The translations under genes were made by a program, and so were the position numbers. Positions 37,970 through 50,040 of a stretch of 64,000 nt of DNA are shown here, piece by piece (the first letter of the stretch is position 1; the number at the start of each line of letters is the position of its first letter). Source of the DNA: Octopus vulgaris (Eukaryota); NCBI GenBank assembly GCA_951406725.2, contig OX597832.1, positions 50,034,001-50,098,000 of the forward strand, in the 5' to 3' direction. The notes beneath the pieces were generated by a model, which worked only from the letters and a program-made list of their open reading frames with translations, was not told the DNA's origin and did no database searches.

Positions 37970-39103
37970 GAAGCCAAGAATTTATACAGTTACCCTTGTT
38001 TTATCATATCGGTTTGGTTAAAAACAAAACAAAAAACTGTATGCTAACCCCTTGCAAATGGGAAGTGGTACTGACTGCATCGAAGCCAAGAATTTATACA
38101 GTTACCCTTGTTTTATCATATCGGTTTGGTTAAAAACAAAACAAAAAACTGTATGCAAACCCCTTGCAGATGAGAAGTGGTACTGACTGCATCGAAGCCA
38201 AGAATTTATACAGTTACCCTTGTTTTATCATAGCAGTTTGGTTAAAAACAAAACAAAACTAAACTGTATGCAAACCCCTTGCAGATGAGAAGTGGTACTG
38301 ACTGCATCGAAGCCAAGAATTTATACAGTTACCCTTGTTTTATCATAGCAGTTTGGTTAAAAACAAAACAAAAAAACTGTATGCAAACCCCTTGCAGATG
38401 AGAAGTGGTACTGACTGCATCGAAGCCAAGAATTTATACAGTTACCCTTGTTTTATCATAGCAGTTTGGTTAAAAACAAAACAAAAAAACTGTATGCAAA
38501 CCCCTTGCAGATGAGAAGTGGTACTGACTGCATCGAAGCCAAGAATTTATACAGTTACCCTTGTTTTATCATAGCAGTTTGGTTAAAAACAAAACAAAAA
38601 AACTGTATGCAAACCCCTTGCAGATGAGAAGTGGTACTGACTGCATCGAAGCCAAGAATTTATACAGTTACCCTTGTTTTATCATAGCAGTTTGGTTAAA
38701 AACAAAACAAAAAAACTGTATGCAAACCCCTTGCAGATGAGAAGTGGTACTGACTGCATCGAAGCCAAGAATTTATACAGTTACCCTTGTTTTATCATAG
38801 CAGTTTGGTTAAAAACAAAACAAAAAAACTGTATGCAAACCCCTTGCAGATGAGAAGTGGTACTGACTGCATCGAAGCCAAGAATTTATACAGTTACCCT
38901 TGTTTTATCATAGCAGTTTGGTTAAAAACAAAACAAAACTAAACTGTATGCAAACCCCTTGCAGATGAGAAGTGGTACTGACTGCATCGAAGCCAAGAAT
39001 TTATACAGTTACCCTTGTTTTATCATAGCAGTTTGGTTAAAAACAAAACAAAACTAAACTGTATGCTAATCCCTTGCAAAAGGGAAATGGTACTGCCTGC
39101 ATC
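37970..39103. repeat. Tandem repeat, ten 112-115 bp units
   Basis: atcgaagcc starts at 38079, 38191, 38306, 38419, 38532, 38645, 38758, 38871, 38986. Confidence 0.95.
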
Positions 39104-39389
39104 AAAACACTGTGTGTATGAGCAGTGCTGTGTCTAGCTCTGCACAGCAGCATTTTTCCATATACACCATACAGAGAAAAAACTGTAAATATACTGTAAA
39201 ATTCCTTGTATGAAAAATTATGTAGCTATGGAATGGCCTAATGCTCGTACACAGCACAGACTGTCAGAACTAAATCTGTCTGCAGGGGGTTAAATGAATC
39301 AGGTCATATGGGAAACAAAACCCCAAGGTGTACCCCTAAATTACTCAAATAACACCTCGAAATAGTTTAAACATACATATGTGAGATTG

Positions 39390-39790
39390 TGACCAGAGCA
39401 ACAAGGTGGCCTCCGTGCCGATGGCATGTGAAAAACATCATTCGAGTGTTATTGTTACCTGTCGCCATACTAGCACTTGTGCTGGTGGCATGTGAAAAAA
39501 CATTCGAGCGAGGTCTTTGACAGTGCCGCTGGACTGACTCCTGTGCAGGTGGCACATAAAAAGCACCATTTGAGTGTGGCCGTTGCCAGTACTGCCTGAT
39601 TGGCCCTCGTGCCAGTGGCACGTAAAAGTACCCACTACACGCTTGGAGTGGTTGGCGTTAGGAAGGGCAGCCAGCTGTAGAAACTCTGCCAGATCAGATT
39701 GGAGTCTGGTGCAGCCATCTGGTTCGCCAGACCTCAGTCAAATCATCCAACCCATGCCAGCATGGAAAGCGGACGTTAAATGATGATGAT
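39390..39790 (+). mobile_element. Family D RTE-tailed retroposon, four hairpin modules
   Basis: gtgc(c/t/a)rrtggca at 39415, 39479, 39543, 39609; RTE-like tail. Confidence 0.75.
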
Positions 39791-40337
39791 GAATGCAAAG
39801 GCACATGGCCTAACGATTAAGGTACTGCATTTATGATTGTCAAGACTGTGGTTTCAATTCCCAGTGCATTGATGATGATGATGATGCTTCATGTTTGGAA
39901 TAATATTTAAAGTAAAATTTAATGACATGTGATCAGTAAATAATAAAGCTATAACAGTAATTAAAATATTTTTCCTGTTTACTCATGGAATGTAGATAGA
40001 TATGTAACTCCCTTTAAAAAATGTGCAAAAATGAGGCAAGGAGATGTAAATATGAGATGTAAATAATCAGTGCAGTTTGGGTATCTGATCATTATGGATG
40101 GTTGCTGGGATGTGCATTTGTAGTCCACACAATCTTTGAATGATCACTCATCTGTGTTATCATAGATCAATTCATGATAAGCGTAACGTGGTTCACAGTT
40201 GAGCATACCATGTTATCTCGGATCAGTGATGAATGAAAAATTGGAAGCCATATTGTTTTCTGTGTTGATTTTACATTATGGGTAAATTCACACACATACA
40301 CACACTCACTCCTCACTCTGTGTAATTATATATACGT

Positions 40338-40487
40338 ATAGGTGCAAGCATGGCTGTGTGATAATAAGCTTGCTTCTCAACCACATGGTTCCAGGTTCAG
40401 TCCCACTGTATGGCACCTTGGGCAAGTGTCTTTTATTATAGCTTCAGCAAGGGGATTTAGTGGGCAGAAACTGAAAGAAGCCCATCC

Positions 40488-40529
<42 letters not shown>

Positions 40530-40790
40530 TATACATACATACATACATACATACACATATATGTGTGTGTGTGTGTGTATCTGTGTGTCTCCTACCATCA
40601 CTTGACAACTGATGTTGGTGTGTTTACATCCTTGTAATTTAGTATTTCAGCAAAAGAGACAAATAGAATAAGTACAAAGCTTACAAAGAATAAGTCCTGG
40701 GGTCGATTTGTTTCACTGAAAAACCCTTTAAGGCGGTGCTCCAGCATGGCCACAGTCAAATAACTGAAACAAGTAAAAAAAATAAAAGGA
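40338..40790 (+). mobile_element. Family A SINE
   Basis: A/B boxes, CORE-like segment, tail. Confidence 0.85.
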
Positions 40791-40860
40791 TATATGAGGA
40801 CCAGCTGGAAAGCTCATAGGCTGACCAAAATACTCACGTGAAATGCAGACCAAATTAGGT

Positions 40861-41185
40861 TTATTTTTCAACATAGTCTCCCTTGCAGTCCACACATTTC
40901 TTCCATGAGGGTTGCAGTGCTTGGTTCCCATTCTAGAAGAAGCTTTCATTCTGTTGGTCAAAAATATCATCAACAGCAGACATGATGTCATCATCACTGC
41001 GATACTGGTTCCCAGCCAAGTTTTTTTTTTTATGTTGAAGAACAGATGATAGTCAGATAGGGCCAGATCAGGAGAACAGGGAGAGTGATGAACCAGTTCA
41101 AAGTCACAGCCATGCACACCAGCCATTGAAATGAAGGACTTGTGTCCTGGAGCATTGCCCTGATGAAACAAAACCCCTTTCGTTA
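40861..41185 (-). pseudogene. mariner (DD34D-type) transposase C-terminal relic
   Basis: LFHQGNAPGH...HHSPCSPDLALSDYHLFFNIKK / LAGNQYRSDDDIMSAV...WKKCVDCKGDYVEK*, with a frameshift in a T-run; TIR-like end and TA at 40793. Confidence 0.9.
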
Positions 41186-42129
41186 ATACCATATATTAAA
41201 AAATTTAAATAGTTAACATTCAGATTACTCTGTCAAATGTAATACTTATTTATTCACATTGTTTTGAACTAATCAGGCATTGGCTCGTAGCTTGAAGATT
41301 TCAATGATGTGATTGTTTCTTTTTAAACTGACATTGTAGGGTAGGTGTGAGAAGCTGGATTAGGTCAGTTTGAGCATAAAACTGATAGAATATTTTGGCC
41401 AGATATTTTAAAGGGTTAATGCCTAGTTGTTTTTCTATTATAAGACATATTACTTGGTTTTACTTCAATCTGTCTAGATTAAGGGAAAAAAATGTACTTG
41501 ACTTTATGGTTGAGCAGGCAGTTGGCACTAGACAGCCGTTAAAATACTTGCTTCAATAATTTGGCATTGCAAAAATATCCAGATTTCTACAAATTCCCTA
41601 CCTTTAGTAGCTTGGAAAAAATTGGATGCAAAAAAAAAAATGTATTAAAACATTTCTGCTGCTCCTCCCCCACTACTATAAAAATATCAACATACCAGTA
41701 TATAGAGTTTCATAGCAGATTTAAGAACATTTAGTTCAGAATATATTCTCTGTTATTGCTTTTAAAAAAGCCAAAAAAATATCTATTTTTTAAAATTATT
41801 TTTAACATTGGAACTCACAGAAGATAAAGCTTATAAACAATAGCTAGCATGTAGAGAATATTAGGTTAAAAACCCCCTTGGAAAGAAGAATGTCCCACAG
41901 GTAGCCATAGACGTATTTGTTTTCAAGGTTTTTTTTTTTTTTAATTCTAATATTCAATATGCTATTGCTTCATAGCTTTATCTTCTTTGAGCTTCGATGT
42001 TTAAAATAATTTACTTCATATTTGTTGAAGTTTCTGAATTCTTAAAATGTAAATATCTTTTATTTATTCATCTGTTTGTTCATTTAATTTGTCGGATGGC
42101 AAAGCTTTCTCATCCCTGTTTCATTAGAT

Positions 42130-42354
42130 TACTCTTTTACTTGTTTCAGTCTTTTGACTGTGGCCATGCTGGAGCACCACCTTTAATTGAGCAACTCGAC
42201 CCCGGGACTTATTCTTTGTAAGCCCAGTTCTTATTCTATCGGTTTCTTTTGCCGAACTGCTAAGTGACGGGGACATAAACACACCAGCATCGGTTGTCAA
42301 GCAATGCTAGGGGGACAAACACAGACACACAAACATACATGCACACACACACAC

Positions 42355-42411
<57 letters not shown>

Positions 42412-42579
42412 TACGACAGGCTTCTTTCATTTTCCGTCTACCAAATCCACTCACAAGGTTTTGGTTGGCCCGAGGCTATAGTAGAAGACACTTGCCCAAG
42501 GTGCCACGCAGTGGGACTGAACCCGGAACCATGTGGTTGGTAAACAAGTTACTTACCACACAGCCACTCCTGCGCCTAT
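42130..42579 (-). mobile_element. Family A SINE, full length
   Basis: Co-linear with consensus. Confidence 0.9.
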
Positions 42580-43120
42580 ATTGTTAAATATTACAAATAT
42601 GGAAGCAATCAGAATTGACTCCGGGGAAGACAACAACCAGCAGTATTTTACAACAGGATGCTTTACTTGGTGCTGGTCCTCTTCGTTTTCCAATGAAGTG
42701 CTTTATTCCACAACTTTACCAAAGCCATTCGTGCTGTTAGATTTTGTGTCTATGTGGGACATAAACATCACCTCAGCTGGCTGAATGGCGTCAGAGTAAA
42801 GACATGCATACATACAAGGTTTCCATACAGTTTCCATCTACCTAATCAAACTCACAAGGCATTGGTCAACTGTGACAGAAGACACTCAAGGTACCACACT
42901 GCCACACAATAGGACTGAACTTAAAAGCCTGTGGTTGTGAGGCAAACTTCACAACCACACAGCCATATCTGTACCTAGCCTACATGCCATGTCTGCATCT
43001 ATATTCCATATCTGCACTTATAATATTTGAAAATAAGATGGAATGGTCATGTTTGGACTTCCTTTGTCATGAATCTGCCCAATAGGAACTGACTTGGTGC
43101 TGAACAATGACAACAGTATC

Positions 43121-43352
43121 TATTTCTTTACTACCCACAAGGGGCTAAACACAGAGGGGATAAACAAGGACAGACAAACAGATCAAGTCGATTATATTGA
43201 CCCCAGTGTGTAACTGGTTCTCATTTAATCGACCCTGAAAGGATGAAAGGCAAAGTCGACCTCGGCGGAATTCAAACTCAGAACGTAATGGCAGACAAAA
43301 TACCGCTAAACATTTCGCCCGGCGTGCTAACGTTTCTGCCAGCTCGCTGCCC
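43121..43352 (-). mobile_element. Meta-like SINE (family B), 14-bp TSD
   Basis: TSD atgacaacagtatc at 43107-43120 and 43357-43370. Confidence 0.9.
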
Positions 43353-43536
43353 TGCCATGACAACAGTATCAAGTTCATAATATGTGTGTGTGTGTAATAA
43401 ACACAATATATGTTGTGTTGTTTTCATTGCATGAAACTGTTACTAGCTTACAAAAATATATACTGTGTTCATTAAACAATATTTATCTCTCACCAGGTGG
43501 ATTACTTTGTTGATCTTACCTTCATGGAACAGTATA

Positions 43537-43761
43537 CAGTAATCCCTTGACTATCACGGGTGTTATGTTCCAAAACCCCACACGATGGGTGAAAATCTGT
43601 GAAGTAGAAATAGTACTGTGCTGTATATTTAAAAAAAAATTATTTTCATAATTTGTATATATTTATTTTATTATAAATGCAAGACAACACTACAGGGGAA
43701 AAGACGTAAGCTTAGATAATAAAGCACGATAGGTGACCTGTGATATGGCGAGGGGTTCCTG
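43537..43761. mobile_element. Tigger/pogo-type MITE
   Basis: TA|cagtaatcccttgactatcacgg ... ctgtgatatggcgaggggttcctg|TA; inverted sister copy at 46905-47123. Confidence 0.75.
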
Positions 43762-44092
43762 TATTACATATATGTATGTAGATATACAATGGAGTGCTGA
43801 AAAATTCTTGGTTTTGGGTAAAAGAAAATACAGGAAGATCAGTTAATTATGGTTTTATTCGACATATTCCCCTCTCAGATTCACATAATTATTGCAGCAG
43901 CCCTCCAGTTTTTCTAATCCCTGTAGAACTTGGATGGTTGGGCCTCCAACCAGGCTTTTTGTGATACCCTTAAATATAACAAAATAATTTGATAAAAAAT
44001 GTGAATTTTTAATTATTTTCTGAGATTTTACAAAAACAACAAAAATATTTTTTCAGCACCCTGTCATGTGTGTGTGTATATGTGTATATATA

Positions 44093-44482
44093 TACTCTCT
44101 TTACTCTATTACTTGTTTCAGTCATTTGGCTGGAGCACCGCCTTTAGTCAACCAAATTGATCCCAGGACTTATTCTTTGTAAGCCTAGTACTTATTCTAT
44201 CGATCTCTTATGCCGAACTGCTAAGTTACAGGAACGTAAACACACCACCATCAGTTGTCAAGCAATGTTGGGTGGGGGGGACAAACAGACGCTCGTACGT
44301 ATGTACGTACGTATGTACGTACATACATACATACATACATACATATACGACGGGCTTCTTTCAGTTCCGTCTACCAAATCCACTCACAAGGCTTTGGTTG
44401 GCCCGAGGCTATAGTAGAAGACACTTGCCCAAGGTGCCATGTGGTTAGTAAGCAAGCTACTTACCACACAGCCACTCTTGCG

Positions 44483-44486
<4 letters not shown>
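44093..44486 (-). mobile_element. Family A SINE
   Basis: Co-linear, small internal deletions. Confidence 0.85.
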
Positions 44487-44519
<33 letters not shown>

Positions 44520-45068
44520 TTGCAGTTAGAACAGGTTTTGTTGTCAGAAGTGTAATATTACAGTTCTGTATCTCCAAGGCATTGGCTATCTCTCCAACAC
44601 AACAGCAGCCAACCACCACTTCTAGTGTTTTTCTCTCTTTTTAACACCATAGTCATAGTATTATTCATTCACACACACACACACACACACACAAGAAGAG
44701 CTCTTCACTCCTATCATTTAGCTCTGACTGCTGCTGCTGTTAACAAATCATGCATAATGAAGAAGTGGATTGTTTGGCTATCTAGAATATCATTACTGTG
44801 TGCATCCATTAATTATAATCATTAACATCACAATATCGCATTCTTGCTACCTAAAGGCTAATTAAAGTTGTAACTATGAGTTAATGCTATAATAGACTTC
44901 TCCCTTCAGATTCACCTATAACCTTTTCTTTTTTTTTTTCTTTTTTATTGTTGTTGTTGTTTGCTGTTTTGTTTTTGGTTTTTGGAAAATAGGTTCTTGT
45001 TTACTCTTAGATTCTGTGAATTGTGCAGAGTTTTACTAGTTTTGTAAGTAACTCTCATACACAAGGAG

Positions 45069-45480
45069 CTCTTTTACTCTGTTACTTGTTTCAGTCATTT
45101 GACTGTGGCCATGCTGGAGCACCGCCTTTTAGTCGAGCAAATCGATCCCCAGGACTTATTCTTTGTAAGCCTAGTACTTATTCTATCGGTCTCTTGTACC
45201 GAACTGCTAATTTACGGGGACGTAAACACACCAGCATCGGTTGTCAAGAGATGTTGGGGGAACAAACACAGACACACAAACATACACACACATGCATATA
45301 TATACACATATATACAACGGGCTTCTTTCAGTTTTTGTCTACCAAATCCACTCACAAGGCTTTGGTCGACCCGAGGCTATAGTAGAAGACACTTGCCCAA
45401 GATGCCACGCAGTGAGACTGAACCTGGACCCATGTGGTTGGTAAGCAAGCTACTTACCACACAGCCACTCCTGCGCCTAT
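45069..45480 (-). mobile_element. Family A SINE, full length
   Basis: Co-linear with consensus. Confidence 0.9.
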
Positions 45481-46267
45481 TTGGTTATATACACATTACC
45501 TAAAAAAAAAAAAGGACTGGGTGGTCATGATTGGAATGATTCTGATCATATATATCTACTCAATCATGGTTGACCTGGATCTAAATGACAGCAATAGTAA
45601 CTACAAAAGCAGTATGTTGAAGAGATGGTGATTTTTCAAGATATGTTTATTTCAAGAATAATTCAGAAGTGCTGAACTATTTAACTTAAATTTTGGCAAT
45701 ATGATTTCAATTTAAAGAAGAAAAAAAAAAGTATTACACGACACAGAATAGGAACTAATTAATTGTATTTAAGAACATTTATTTTTTTCACGGATTTTAG
45801 CCCTTTACAGAGAATATGCTAATTTAAGAGAGGAAATATTGTTTCTACACAGTTGGAGGTCAGCTTCAGTGTTGCAAGATTCTTTGGTAAAACGGGTGCT
45901 GGCATTCTTGATGTAGTAAACCAAGGGATTTCCATTAATTAATTAAAATTATACCCTTAGTTATAAGAACAACCATTGTTTAAAGAATTCTATTTGGAAA
46001 AGGAAAAACAAAACTCAACAAAACAATTGCAGGGAATACAATGTGAAATTTTAATTAATTAAAAGGAATTAAATATGTAATGCAGTGACGAGTGAGTATG
46101 AATTTTGGCACCATGGTGATAATTCTGGATAGATTTTGCCATTTCACTTCTACTTTGACTTCATCAGTAAAGCATTGTCCAATTTTACCTGCAAAAACTT
46201 TAAAATAACTAAATGCATATATATGTATATATGTGTAATGTATATATATTTATTGTATGTATAGATA

Positions 46268-46302
<35 letters not shown>

Positions 46303-46325
46303 ATGTATGTATGTATGTATGTATG

Positions 46326-46365
<40 letters not shown>

Positions 46366-46693
46366 CCTGCTCACTTAGCCAGCTGGGTGGCGTCATTTGA
46401 AGGCTAAAACAATGCGAATTGCATTGTGACCAGCGATGTGTAGCAACATCTGATAGCCTGGTCAGTCATGTGATCACATGATATATATATATATAAATTA
46501 GAGAAAAACCACTATTCTGCAATTCAAACAATGATAGACATAAACCAAATCATAAAGAAAAATAAAATATAAAGCAAATAACTAGATCACAAAAAGTACA
46601 AAAATGAATAAACAATATATAATAAGTAATATAATGTTATACATTGCTTATTTATTATATATATATATATATATATATTTGTGTGTGTATGTG

Positions 46694-46739
<46 letters not shown>

Positions 46740-46904
46740 TGTACAAATATATATGAGAAAGAGAGAAGCAATTATGTGGATAAACAAATTAAATATAACA
46801 ACTTGGGTTTGATATACAAAATATGTATATGTGTATACATGTAAAATGAGAGAAAGTAAAGATTGAAGACTTTCAGACGATGTATATTTAAGTATAGATA
46901 TATA

Positions 46905-47123
46905 CAGTAATCCCTAACCCTATCACAGTTCACCTATCTTAGTTTGTTATTTAAGCTTTTGCCAATTCCTCCATGGCGTTGTTTGCATTTATGATAAAAT
47001 AAATATATACAAATTATAAAAATAAAAAAATGTATACAGTATAGTACTGTTTCTACTTTGCGAATTTTCACCTATCGTTGGGGTTTTTGGAACATAATAC
47101 GTGCGAAAGTCGAGGGATTATTG
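46905..47123. mobile_element. Tigger/pogo-type MITE, inverted relative to 43537
   Basis: TA|cagtaatccct ... cgagggattattg|TA; body is the reverse complement of the 43537 copy. Confidence 0.75.
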
Positions 47124-47426
47124 TAGATATTTATATTAATAGGTCCAATTTACATAAAGTACAAGTGACAAAGAAAATTAAGGGAGAAGAGCTAAGGTGT
47201 TATAAGTTCAACAGCTGTTTCTGGGGGCTCAGATATCCATCACGACATTGGTAGATGTAGTTCATCACAATGTGCAGGCCATAATGGAAGCAAATAAGCA
47301 TTGGATAAATTGAGCTTCCATCATCAGGGTGGAAAAATATCTTACATTTCCGATTATGATGCAGAGAAGTTTTAAGGTGGAATGTTTAAATGTAGAGAGC
47401 CAGCTGTATTGTGTGTGTATGTGTGC

Positions 47427-47470
<44 letters not shown>

Positions 47471-47476
<6 letters not shown>

Positions 47477-47827
47477 GAGTGGCTGTGTGGTAAGTAGTTT
47501 TGGGCAAGTGTTTTCTACTATAGCCTCGGGCCGACCAAAGCTTTGTGAGTGGATTTGGTAGATGGAAACTGAAAGAATCCCGTCATGTATATATATATAT
47601 ATGTGTTTGTGTGTGTGTAGAAATGTTTGTGTGTTTGTTTGCCCCTCCACCATTGCTTGACAACAGATTTTGATGTGTTTAAGTCCCAGTAACTTAGCAG
47701 TTTGGCAAAAGAGACTGATGGAATAAGTATTAGGCTTATAAAGAATAAGCCCTAGGGTCGATTTGTTTGACTAAAGGCAGTGCTCCAGCAAGGTTGCAGT
47801 CAAATGACTGAAACAAATAAAAGAATA
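47471..47827 (+). mobile_element. Family A SINE with deletion in the head
   Basis: Co-linear with consensus. Confidence 0.85.
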
Positions 47828-47939
47828 TATATATACATACACATACATGCATACACACACGTTTTAATTTTTTTTCAAAGCCTAAGCAATGCAAGTTATA
47901 AGAAATAATGTAAGTTGATGGTTTGTACTTTTACCTTGC

Positions 47940-47979
47940 ATTTTAATATTTCGGGCTTACAACCCCTTCTTCAGGAAAT
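47940..47979 (-). ncRNA. Decayed hammerhead (HHR6)
   Basis: atttc CTGAAGA A GGG-gttgtaag-CCC GAA ATAT T aaaat; ATAT can derive from ACGT by CpG decay. Confidence 0.5.
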
Positions 47980-48384
47980 CTTTGGAGGAATGTGATCTGA
48001 CTTCAGAGAAATCAGCTCACATCAAATTAGCATGAAATCTTGATGCAAGCTTTAAATTAGCTCACTTTAAAGCAGGAGGTTTTGTATCATAAAACTAATG
48101 GTAGTCTCAGGCAAGTTGCTATCAAAAGAATTCAAATATAGAATAGGATAGGAAATAGAATGCAAAATAAATGGCTAATATTCTGAATATCTGAACTATT
48201 CTAAACAATTACATACATCTTTGTTATTAGCGATTTTCAGTAATTTTGATATAATTATAAATAGAAAAGAATAAAAGAGGTAAACTTTCCGTAAGACCGA
48301 GTTGATAACAGAGATTCAGTTCCTGGTTGCTGCCATTTCACTTCAGGTACATTGCTAAATTCTTTGAGACTGAAAGCTGAAAAC

Positions 48385-48835
48385 ATTATTTACATTTGAT
48401 GGATATTTGCCCTCATCTTGTTTGTTGACAACGTTTCGGCTGATATACCTTCTAGCCTTCATCAGGTGTCTTGGGGGAAATTTCGAACCTGGGTTCTCAT
48501 TCCTAAGGTATTTTTTGATGTTATTATTATTATTATGTTTTTTCTTCTTTCTTCAAATTTTTTTCCATTTCTTGCCGAGTGTTTTCCATACACCTAGGGC
48601 AGAGAAGCTCATTGCATGCATTCCCAGATTACATGCGCAAATTCACAGACAAAATATGTATTTAAAAATTAATAAATAAATAAATTCATGGATGGATGTT
48701 ATTTTCACAGCGATAATGCTCTACTACTATTATTATTATTATTATTATTATTCAGATCACTGCCTGGAATTGAACTCGGCATCTTGGGGTTAGTAGCCCA
48801 CGCTCTTAACCACTGCGCTATATGCCCGTGGGCTG
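48385..48835 (-). mobile_element. Family H SINE with hammerhead (copy 3), extra sequence in its (AAT)n
   Basis: Head at 48760-48835, 3' part at 48385-48535. Confidence 0.75.
48427..48470 (-). ncRNA. Type I minimal hammerhead (HHR7), intact core
   Basis: GACAC CTGATGA A GGCT-agaaggtatatc-AGCC GAA ACGT T gtc; ACGT palindrome intact, stem I shortened by deletion. Confidence 0.7.
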
Positions 48836-48859
48836 AAAAGTCATACGTGTATGAGTGAT

Positions 48860-49008
48860 TCTGTTGTGTCTGGGGAGAGTCATTTTCTTTTTGTGCCTTA
48901 TAATTTAACACACTCACCGGTAAAATTTCCATGTATTTTTACTTTCCTAAAATGCTTCAACACACGTACTCACATAAAGAATCTTGCAAATCAAATCCAA
49001 AAACGAAA
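48860..49008. mobile_element. Retroposon insertion with 5' inversion and 12-bp TSD
   Basis: TSD tgtatgagtgat at 48848-48859 and 49009-49020; the two halves are in opposite orientation relative to the 28440 and 63470 copies. Confidence 0.75.
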
Positions 49009-49028
49009 TGTATGAGTGATATCTTTCC

Positions 49029-49250
49029 TACTCTTTACTCTTTTACTTGTTTCAGTCATTTGACTGTGGCCATGCTGGAGCACCGCCTTTAATCAAGCAA
49101 CTCGACCCCAGGACTTATTCTTTTTGTAAGCCCAGTACTTATTCTATCGGTCTCTTTTGCCGAACCGCTAAGTAACGGGGACATAAACACACCAGCATCG
49201 GTTGTCAAGCAATGCTAGGGGGACAAACAGACACACAAAAACACACACGC

Positions 49251-49284
<34 letters not shown>

Positions 49285-49447
49285 GACGGGCTTCTTTCAG
49301 TTTCCGTCTACCAAATCCACTCACAAGGCTTTGGTCGGCCTGAGGCTATAGTGGAAGACACTTGCCCAAGGTGCCACGCAGTGAGACTGAACCCGGAACC
49401 ATGTGGCTGGTAAACAAGCTACTTACCACATAGCCACTCCTGCGCCT
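49029..49447 (-). mobile_element. Family A SINE, full length
   Basis: Co-linear with consensus. Confidence 0.9.
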
Positions 49448-49728
49448 TCCTCTTGCATATAAATCTAAAAATTTGTTCATATGTTGCAAATCATTCGTTA
49501 GAATGCACTTCTTAGTTTTCTGTTGCATTTGGATAAGGAAAAGTACATTAGTGTGTGTATGTGTGCGCGCTCTTTCACCGATAATAATCATAGCTGAATC
49601 ATTGTGGACAGTTGTAAATCTTCATCTCCAACCCATATTTTGAAAAAGTGACTGTGATTATTATTGAGTGGGTTTGTTGCATAGGGAAAGTTCTGCTGAT
49701 TCTTGGCGCTGTTATTGTATGACCTCAC

Positions 49729-49818
49729 AAATGGATTCTGGTTTCTTTTCTACAACGAAAGGAAATGCTTCAATATTTGCAAATGAGAGACGTTCCTGGT
49801 TTATGGGAATAATCAAAT
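49729..49818 (-). other. Possible 90-nt coding exon (unassigned)
   Basis: cccattagcag|AT TTG...ATT T|gtgagg; frame (D)LIIPINQERLSFANIEAFPFVVEKKPESI; no homology recognised. Confidence 0.2.
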
Positions 49819-50040
49819 CTGCTAATGGGTACATGAATATAATTGCATTAAAATGGAAGTAGGGATCACCAGAAGTCAGGAGATGGAATGATAGATATAT
49901 ATATGTGTAAATTAGGTTAAATTAGATTCTCTGTCAAGAAGCACTATATGCTCTTCTTCCCCATGGCAAAATAATTTATTCCACTTTGTAAATTTTATTT
50001 CTTCTTCACACTTTTATATATATATATATATGTATATATA

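Noticed and set aside
37970-39103. CRISPR-like array
   Set aside because: Contiguous near-identical units without unique spacers; eukaryotic context
46130-46170. CTGATGA...GAAA on the minus strand
   Set aside because: Stem II and stem I do not pair; better explained as chance or part of an exon-like frame
46081-46188. VPS13-like peptide SRIITMVPKFIL on the minus strand
   Set aside because: Short, subjective similarity; no good donor site; neighbouring candidate exons do not join in phase
47295-47335. CTGATGATGGAAGC...GCTTCCA on the minus strand
   Set aside because: A stem forms but no GAAA follows
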